NCBI RefSeq assembly: GCF_006345805.1
Contig: NW_021836291.1
Span: 62,001-95,000 of the forward strand
DNA: 33,000 nucleotides
Reading direction: 5' to 3'
From: Octopus sinensis
Taxonomy: Eukaryota
In this document: piece by piece, positions 24,942 to 33,000 of the stretch
Numbering within the stretch: the stretch's first letter is position 1
Layout of the letters: every line of letters starts with the position of its first letter
The notes under the pieces: model-generated
The model's database searches: none
What the model saw: the letters and a program-made list of their open reading frames with translations, nothing else
Told to the model about the DNA's origin: nothing
Translations under genes and position numbers: made by a program

Positions 24942-24968
24942 TGACTATATTTTTCTTTTCAGTTATTA
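24942..24968. repeat. Copy 2 of the perfect 27-bp direct repeat
   Basis: Identical to 23260-23286. Confidence 0.9.
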
Positions 24969-25159
24969 GTCAGAAATTTTTCCAATGATTTAAATTTACA
25001 TACAAAGTTTATATAAAATAGAAAACAGTAAAATAAAACATTCTTCGTAGAAAATTTTTTAGGGATTTAGTTAGGAGATTATTTTCCTGATTTTATTCCG
25101 TCAAGCTCGAAGTTTGTTTATAATGTTATGTCCGTTTTTTGGCGACATCCAATAGAGAT

Positions 25160-25250
25160 ATTTTATTTCTTTAAAACGTCACAAAGTGTTTTCCTCATCC
25201 ATGTCTTCGAGATCCCCCTGACATTAAACGTGAACAAATTGAACATATCC
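25160..25250 (-). mobile_element. Possible 5' start of a LINE endonuclease
   Basis: MFNLFTFNVRGISK..RKTLCDVLKK resembles the TxNVRGL start of APE domains; short match only. Confidence 0.4.
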
Positions 25251-25383
25251 CATTGAATCCCATGTTTTTAGACTTCATTACATTAGGGTATATTTGAAAG
25301 TGTTGATTTTTAATTAATTATTTGTATCGTGAAAATTTAAATAATATCTAGCAAACCGTGCATTGTTAGGTGGTGACTAAAAC

Positions 25384-26764
25384 ATGGACATTAATGATAA
25401 TAATTTCTCCAGCGAAGATGCAGATCCAATGGAAGCACATTATAACAAATTGAATAAAAAAAAGAAACCTTCAAATAAAATATCAGCAGACAATTTTCCC
25501 AAAGTAGTCCTTATTTTAAAAGTTATTAAATAGAAAAGAGAGATCCTACCCATCTATTCAGACGAATCCGATTCCGCGGATATCGCCAACTATAAAAGCC
25601 TCCAGAGAAGACTTGCCTTATCAAACGGAGGAGCAAAATTACTACAAGATGAGATTTCCCTTGCCAGCACTACATCAGACGACGGTTAGGAGAATTAAAA
25701 TGCCATTTTCAGATATTGACGACTGGGGGTCCAAGAAGACCGGATATTACGGATCCGACGACATCAAATCCAGAAAAAACAAACGTAGTTGACTCGCCTT
25801 ACATTCCCAGGGTCGACCAAAGGCAAGGAGGACGCCCAGTTGGAGGAAAAAGATGCAATTCGGATACAAAACGAAATGTACAGACATTTCGATGAAAATG
25901 ACTTTAATCAGTATTTTCGGCCTAAAAATGCCACCAAACAAATTTGCAAACCAAGTGAAGAGGAATTGACAGATTTTGACTCATTTATTGAAGCAGAATA
26001 TGCTCGGCTGGTTCAAAAACGTACAAAATGACTTTACAGGATTCCACATTTCCGAGGTTTTGGATCCCCTTTTGGATCCTTCTTTTGAGTTGCAGAAAAT
26101 TGAAAAAAATGCGTTTGAATTTTTTGGTCTTCTCCACCGAATGTACAGCGGGTGAGTTCCATTAGTCCGTGATCGTGGCAGATATCAACTCAATATTTTG
26201 TTCTACCAGTATTTGAAAACGCGGAATATTCCCACAAGTCGTCACGAGGTGATGGGGAGACTCGCGGAATACCGTGATGTTGTTTTTCGTTGATGATTCA
26301 ATCAGGCTGTGGGGACCTACGAATCCCTCAGGTCGGCTCACTGGGAGACGGCAAAGCAATTTTTAAAAACTAAGAAAATATTCTCTGCCGATTTCAAGTT
26401 GTGATGTTATGATTAGTTCAGTGTTCCAAAAACGGCTAAAAAAGTCCGTTTTGCAGAATCCGCGAAAGAGGAAGCGGTTTCTGGCCAAGTGGAGAAACGT
26501 CAGATTACTTCAGAAGTAGTGTTGTCTTTGTGAGTGGTAGATGTTGAAAAATGTTGGTATTTTGGCTTCCCGGTCGAGGAAAGCGAGGATTCCGCGGATT
26601 AAAAATAGAAAGAGGTATGAGAAGGCGTCCAAACGTCATCGGAGTCAGGTGGGGAGAACGTGGAGTCATTTTAGGTCTCTCAAATGCGTGATCAAGACAC
26701 GAAGTATGCGGGGGAGCCCACTGGAATTCGTAGTGGGCTTATTAAGAGCACTAAATTAAATTGA
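25384..26764 (+). CDS. UTP3: UTP3/SAS10 small-subunit processome protein, 10 exons, 381 aa model
   Basis: DWG.KK..YY, A.LEE..A.RIQ, YQLNILFY.YLK....SRH.V..RL.EYR, RQIT.EM.KN.G..SRK.R.PR.K.RK.Y.KA..R.RSQ, Y.GE..GIR. Introns 25504-25533 (30), 25685-25712 (28), 25785-25810 (26), 26021-26039 (19), 26152-26181 (30), 26279-26305 (27), 26398-26421 (24), 26516-26540 (25), 26649-26674 (26); phases consistent. Confidence 0.92.
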
Positions 26765-27109
26765 TTTTTGTATAAATTGACTGTTCCCATCTTTGTTTGT
26801 GTGTTTTTATTAGGTGTTTTGGAATTGCATTTTAAATGTGAAGAAAATCAATATTTTTAGCAGGAAAATAATTGAGACTATACGCCGAACTTTGATGACG
26901 GATTTGTTTTAAGTGGACTGCAAGGGAATTGATTTTGAAGAACTTTTTATTTAAAAATGGGCTTGATTACACGGTTCTTTATGCCATATGAGTACTCTAA
27001 TAATTTGATGAGGTTACATCTTATAAAAATGATTTTATAACGTTTCATACGTTCATGTCTAATCTATTAAAAATACTAACTAAATACGTCAAATAAAAAC
27101 TCTTGGAAT

Positions 27110-27330
27110 TGTGGCTTCATTTGTTTGTGACGAGAAAGCAAATCCACGCTAGGAAAAAATTTCCATAGATTTATAATAAAACGGCATTCGATTCTGTCGA
27201 CCATAACTTATTATTTTATGTGCTTAAAATTTCTTCGGTGAATGTCAGCTTTGTGAATAGAATCGTCAAGAGATGGACTGTACGTCTTCATATTGATCAC
27301 CGAAGATTACTTATCTCCACAGTTGAGCAT
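27110..27330 (+). mobile_element. Short reverse transcriptase fragment, R4/NeSL-like non-LTR
   Basis: SIDL..KTAFDSVDHNLL..VL......V..I..RW.V.L matches the AFDSV.H RT motif followed by W.T.L; stops and a frameshift upstream. Confidence 0.55.
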
Positions 27331-27501
27331 CTTGTTGCTCAACAATGGTGCCAGCACATTGCAGTAATTCACGAAAGTTAAAAAGGTAATATTCTTATGC
27401 ACAACCCCCAGCAATATATTGTATTATTTAATATTGAGCAGTCAATTCTTTTTTCCACTACTAATTTTAAAAAACTCAAAAACCAAAAATTAGAATGAAC
27501 A

Positions 27502-28643
27502 TTAATCAGAATCAAAGCTAACTAAATCATCAATATGCTGAATAGTTTCCTCATGTCCTTGTAGATCGTCCCCCTCAACCAAATCAGCCTCACTACCGAA
27601 TAACCGACAGGGCGAACCAGTAGGCCATATACTCATTGAGACACTCCATAGTGTCCTTATACTGATTCAAATAATTCTCTACATATAGTAGATTTACCAA
27701 AACACGTGCATGATTAACACGACGGTCCTCTTCTTGTGCGATGCTATTCCATAATTCATAACTCGATCACTTTTTGTTGTGCTCGTTCCTCAACTGACTC
27801 CTCAGAATATCCATCTGTGCTTTCTTCCTCGCATATATTTTTTTATTTTCAGATTCCCTTTGATATGCCAACTGAGCCATCAAATTATTGTAGTTCTCCA
27901 ACAGTTCTATCTGCTCTATCACATCCAAATTGTCACCGATTCTTCCTCGGCATTGGCCACTTCCAATTCCAGTCGATCCTTCATTTTTATGTAACTCTCC
28001 ACTTTGGAATTAATCTGACTGTGTTTGGCACGCAGGCTTTTAAGGTGGGACTTGTATTCAGTCTCCACTGAGGCATACCGTGTCCTGTTTTGATGACGTA
28101 TTTTCATCATCCAGTCTATATTTTTGTAGTTGTTCTCTTTTTTGTTTTATTAATATTTTTTTCTGCTGGATTGAGTCTTGTTTGGTTGTCTGTTGGACTT
28201 AAAGTAGGCAAACGATTTTATTTCTGACTGCAGCAAGTCCTTTTCTTATTCTTTCCTTTTCTGAACTGCACTTTATGAGCGACTCCAACAATTCGAGTGT
28301 CTTTTCTGTGCCTGACAGTGAACAGACAGGAACTTACGTGGCTCGATTATTTGGAACAGAGTTATGCTGATTGACAGGTCTATTCCCTTTCTACTGATAA
28401 CTGTAGAAAAGTACATGTGTTTTAGTAGCAGTATTGGTAGACAGGAACCCCCCGGGAATGTAATCTCGTTGTCGTTTTGGTCATACTGTAGGTTTATGAG
28501 ATTCATTAGAATGGGATAGAGTTGTTCAAACTAGAAGTATGTGGGTTGAATAGAACATTAATATTCGATAATGTGGACTGGGTTATTTGTGTGTTTGGAA
28601 ATTTACAATTTATGAATTCTGCAATTTCTTTGGAGTCAGGCAT
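27502..28643 (-). CDS. NUF2-like protein (NDC80/NUF2-type CH domain plus coiled coil), about 302 aa model
   Basis: Introns 28531-28556, 28391-28414, 28312-28337, 28190-28213, 28051-28078, 27911-27936, 27744-27770, 27677-27697 and 27574-27604 (21-31 nt); phases consistent, last exon ambiguous. EIAEFI..ITQSTL..QLYPILMNLI and IIEPRTEKTLELLESLIK align by eye with the NUF2 IL.P..KRT..FLS.IIN motif. The gene model is firmer than the name. Confidence 0.6.
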
Positions 28644-28835
28644 CTAAATTAAATGAAAACAACATAGAACACTGTGAGACGCGGTAATATATAAAAGAAT
28701 CAAAGTATAATTACAGGATATATTTAGTTAAAAATAATAAAACTTAAAGATTTACATTTTGACAAGCAAGTAATTTAATTCTACTAATTATTAGATGTAG
28801 GTTGTTGTTGTCTAAGGATGGAAAATAGAGATAAT

Positions 28836-28916
28836 GCCAACATGGCCGAGTGGTTAAGGCGGTAGCTTCAGGTGCTATTACGGAAACGTGCGTGGGTTCG
28901 AATCCCACTGTTGGTA
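28836..28916 (+). tRNA. trnL-CAG: tRNA-Leu, anticodon CAG, no intron
   Basis: Acceptor stem GCCAACA/TGTTGGT, A-box TGGCCGAGTGG, anticodon stem GTAGC/GCTAT with CAG at 28869-28871, long variable arm, T arm GTGGG-TTCGAAT-CCCAC, discriminator A. Confidence 0.97.
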
Positions 28917-28920
28917 TTTT
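28917..28920 (+). terminator. Pol III terminator (T4) after tRNA-Leu
   Basis: TTTT immediately follows the discriminator base. Confidence 0.7.
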
Positions 28921-30468
28921 ACCCAGATTTATTTCACAATTATTTAATTATTCTAATTTTAATGAAAAAAATTTACAGTATAAACAATATCAATCGAGAA
29001 TTTATAACTGTTTATATTTTACTTAGCCACAAATTCTTATTTCAAATTTCGAAGTGCTGTATGTTGGATTACGATATTCATCCGAAATTTGGTGAAGAAG
29101 TGTTAAGTCAAATTAAATTTTAACCTGAATAAAATCGTGGCAATAAAGATACCGAGAATAATTTTGCAAAAGGACTCTGTCGCCACAATTGTGTAATGTG
29201 GTTATGGACCCTTGGACCAGAGTACTAATGCCACAAACCATTTACTCTATGGATAATTCTGAAAATTTTGACCAAGACGAATCTACGATTATTAAAATGA
29301 TTGCAGATATTTATAAATCAGTAATATACGTATTTAGAAGATCGTAACAGTCTCAGAAAAAAATTATGACAAAAATTGCCAAAGAAATTAGAAAAAGAAT
29401 TAAAATTGGCTCGATTTAATTTTTTTTAAATCAATTAATGTCCTTTTACTCTATAACTACTACAAGACACCAGTGGAATCTGTCGACCCATGAGCCATGA
29501 GTATCCTGACCCGAAAGCAGAAAGGAGGAAGCTTTAATCATTATCTAAATGATATTTTTCTACTCTAATTAATTTAGTAATTTGTTTGTTATTATTAAAA
29601 CTGTCTGACTGATCAACATTGTACCAAATGAATTAAATGATATTGAATTTCGATGTATTCTTTGATTTACTACATCTAAGACCCGTAAACAATTAGAGAC
29701 CCTGGGACATCGTCGTCTCAGGCCGATCATGCGGGCAGGATCGAACCTTTCAGTAGGATCTCCCTCGTTTGAATCGGCGATCACGGGGATTATTATAATT
29801 AACTGGCTTACCCGTCTTTGGTCTTTAATAAATAAATAAAAAATAAATTACCAAACGGCAAACTTGAGAGGGGACTTAGCGTATTCAAAATAAATTTATG
29901 TTGTTTTAATTCCTCCATGATTTGAGAAGAAAAGATACAGTGTGTTTGAAAAAAAGCTGAAATACTTTCGGGTTACCAATCAAAAAAAACCTATGGTCAC
30001 GATCGCAGGATTTTGACTTTAAAAAATAAACTTAAAGTGGCTGTACGCGAAATACAACAAACACAAAGAAAATGGTTATTAATGAGAATTAACAACAAAT
30101 ATTTACATTTGCTGTTATTCAAATGATTGAATGATATTGCATTTTCTTCGTAATTCCATTCAAGGCGAATGACATCAAGATTGTTTGATATAATTTCACT
30201 ACTGATTTTTAATTAATTATTGTAAGTAAATGGTTTGGGGCTCGTAAATTTGGATAAACTTTAAATAAAATATATTTTGTAGCCAGGAGGCATCAATATT
30301 TATAGATTTTTTCTGAATTAAAGTGCTCATTTACTATTCAAACAATCTTCATTGACTAACAAGGAAATTTTGAAGGACATAATATACGAAGATTTGATAC
30401 ATCATATTCTCCTCAACTTAATCCATGCGAAAACTGTTTTTCTATTCTTGAACAAAGGGTGCATAAAT

Positions 30469-30636
30469 GTCAAAATTGAATGTTGCATTGTTAAAATTAA
30501 TATAAAAATTCCCAAAATTGAATACCGCATTGTCAAAATTAAGTCAAAAAATGTCAATATTGCTTATCAAATTATCAAAATTGAATGTTGCATTGTTAAA
30601 ATAAATATAAAAATTGTCAAAATTAAATTGAAAATG
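30469..30636. repeat. 21-bp-period minisatellite, 8 units, with a 105-bp higher-order repeat
   Basis: Units start at 30469, 30490, 30511, 30532, 30553, 30574, 30595 and 30616; units 6-7 nearly copy units 1-2. Confidence 0.88.
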
Positions 30637-30795
30637 TGTATAAAAATCCAAGCTATCATTTACTCGATGAAATTTGGAATTTTAGACTAAGGACTGAAAA
30701 GATTCAATTCAGAATAGCTAATTAGTTCTTTACATTAATGAATTACGCATGTCTTTACCTCTAAGTATATAATTGCTAATTGCAGTACGTTCATG

Positions 30796-31299
30796 ATGGC
30801 TTCGTTTATAATCAAACAGTTGTTGGGAGACAAGCTATCTTCCGCGAAGGGTTGTAACTTTTAAAGTAAAGTCGGTCAGAAAGTGTTTCGAAGGAAGGAA
30901 ACGTCGACTCATCTGCCAATGTCGACGAGAAGAGGGCGATGGAGGAAGCCCGTCTCGAACAGAAAAATAAACGTGAACAGCGGAATGCTCAGATGGAACA
31001 AGAACGAGAGATTATGCGGCAGGAATATAGGATGAAGGTTTATGGGCCTGATTAAGTGATCAAGTACAACATTCAGAGTAGTTCAGCGATCCCTGCAGAC
31101 CCTGGGAGACTCGGCCGAGTAAAAATGACTCCAGCAGAAATTGAGCGAGAGAGAATAAGAAAAGAAAGTTTGGAGGCGTTTTGGATAATTAGACGAAATT
31201 GTGGTTGGAAATATAAACATTAGTGAAATTCAATCTAAAACTGTTGAGACTATTCAACAGAGTTGCAAGAAAATTAAGGATTCCTGTTCTCTTCAGTAG
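30796..31299 (+). CDS. CPLX: Complexin (synaphin), 4 exons, 140 aa model, C-terminal CaaX CSLQ; absent from the ORF track
   Basis: MASFIIKQLLG.KLSS.K, EEAR.EQ..KRE...A.ME.ERE.MRQ..R.KYNI, GRLGR.K.TP.E, CSLQ*. Introns 30851-30879 (29), 31038-31064 (27), 31168-31192 (25); phases consistent. An alternative ATG lies at 30793. Confidence 0.9.
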
Positions 31300-31590
31300 A
31301 GTTGTGCTGCTCAATATTAATTATTGACTAATTAGACTAATTGAAATGATTTGTTTATTAGTCAGCCAATACATTTGTCCTGGTGGTCAGAATGAGTGAT
31401 CTCAAGTGAAGGACACGTTGTGGGGGACTCTTGTCTCGATGAGAATTGAAATAAAGACAGGTTTGTGTTTTTTGTCATTTTTATTATCGAGTTGGAAACC
31501 CAAATGACTGTGAATTTGCTTTTTATTGAGTTGTAATCATTTTTAAGAATATGTCGAAAGGGCAGGTCAACCGCAAAACTCAATATAAAT

Positions 31591-31609
31591 GGGGCACCCT
31601 CTGTATTTG
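31591..31609. repeat. Tc1/mariner-like terminal motif; 14-bp core repeated at 32410-32423
   Basis: Reverse complement reads TACAGAGGGTGCCCC; accctctgtatttg occurs at 31596 and 32410 in the same orientation. Confidence 0.5.
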
Positions 31610-31689
31610 GGGCACTTTAATTTCTAAAGTCCATTTTATAGCAGTTTATTCAATTTTCTACTAATAGAATACAAAATTAAGAAAAAAAT

Positions 31690-32060
31690 TTTTGAAGCGT
31701 TGGCAAACTCCATATCCGAAAGTTAAATATTCAAGATGTCTAGAGTTTGGAAGGGAACAGTATCTAGAATAAAAATAAAAACTAAACAAGGATTTGATTC
31801 AAATCCTATTACTGATGTAGTCCTATAGAAAAACTATGAATCAGATCTATTATCGAAATTAGATCGTCTGGTTTTTGAACTTTTCAGGAATCTGGGGCAA
31901 ATGGAATTTAAATTTCCGGATGTTTAATTACAAAAATTGACAGAAATATCACGACTCGGATAAATTTTAACAGCTTTAAAGGCTCTAATGAATGGCTAGA
32001 CCGTTTTGAAATCGTCATGAACTATCTTTTAGAGCAATTTCTGCTGAAAAGAATTCCTCG
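31690..32060 (+). mobile_element. pogo/Tigger (CENP-B-type HTH) transposase remnant
   Basis: LDRLVFELF..., SFKGSNEWLDRF, RHELSFRAISAEK, read across frameshifts. Confidence 0.75.
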
Positions 32061-33000
32061 ACAAAAATTCAATTAAAAAATTTTACGAAATCAAAACATT
32101 CAATCTGAACTTTTGGAGACTCATATTTTAGACGTAGTGCAAATAGAACTTGATGAAACCGAAAATCATTCACAATTATGAATATGATGAATATTTTAAA
32201 AAATTCATTATTCAATGTATGTCCGAAGCATATACTGAATATTATGTTTTTAAAATAATCGTCGCAAGAAATTGACGAAAAAATGTAATATTGGAAGGAA
32301 AATTAGCGATTGCTTTTTTAATTGATATATAAAATAGATTTTTTGATTTTTAAATGCTATTTTATTTAAAGAAATTAAAGAAAAAGTTGAAAAGGGTATA
32401 AATTATCATACCCTCTGTATTTGAAGCGAATTCCTATTGGGGCAAGGGTTCAACTGTATTTGGGAAGTCGTATTATTAATTCAAATAATTCTGTTAAAAA
32501 TAAAATAAATTGGCTGTTTGCAACTTGGGTTTTCCTCATTTCAATTCCAAGCAATTCAATCTCTCAATTGGAATACGGACTTGAATCCCCTTGTCTGACA
32601 TGACTACATCATTCGAGTTTTCGGGGAGTAATGCAAGTAATTTATGTACAAGTCCTTTGAGAGTGACCCAGTCAACTCATCACCAAAGACATAATGGCTC
32701 GACTGCTTTCCTCGTGTCGTGATCATTCTAACTAATTACATTCCAAACCTCAAATTTCACGAAATCACGCCAAACGAAAGGACATGATCGAGATTGAGTA
32801 AACATTAGACAATTTACGGACTCGATTGACCAGTCAAGGTCGACTCGAATCCTTCAGGAGTTCTATCTCATACAAACTTGTTTTTCAACTTAGTCTACAT
32901 TTTCTTACTTGCCACAATTCGCTAAATTGAACTTGAAATTTTTTCAAACAAAAACTGTTTGTTTTATTAATTAAAAGAACATGAAAGAACTGTTTGCTAA

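Noticed and set aside
30469-30636. CRISPR-like array
   Set aside because: Contiguous tandem units with no spacers, no cas genes, and a eukaryotic context.
32500-32900. Exon-like GC content on the minus strand near the window end
   Set aside because: Models required a 7-nt micro-exon or hit stops, and no product was recognised; may belong to a gene extending beyond the window.

Overview
AT-rich, compact eukaryotic (animal) genomic DNA; nothing prokaryotic and no CRISPR array. Most ORF-track entries are exon fragments, because the genes are split by about 50 ultrashort introns (19-32 nt in my models, one 44 nt, almost all GT-AG). Hand-spliced models with consistent phases give ASCC2-like, a tandem C-type-lectin surface protein, a C21orf58/DUF4587-like protein, an intronless POU homeobox gene, KRR1, GNPDA, RSPH9, a small secreted hyperacidic orphan, WASHC2/FAM21, UTP3/SAS10, a NUF2-like protein, tRNA-Leu(CAG) and complexin, plus a CAP-domain pseudogene. 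Intergenic space holds about 6 kb of shattered transposon remnants (CRE, RTE-like, R4/NeSL-like, Buster hAT, pogo). POU (animal), RSPH9 (motile cilia) and ~25-nt introns together suggest a dicyemid-like mesozoan; this is inference only. Best leads: a 24-nt GT-TG intron-like segment in KRR1, a 19-nt intron in UTP3, in-frame stops in most 3n introns, a POU homeodomain with Gly at position 50, complexin in a probably neuron-less animal, the acidic secreted orphan, and a perfect 27-bp direct repeat around a decayed LINE. All protein assignments rest on remembered family motifs, not database searches.
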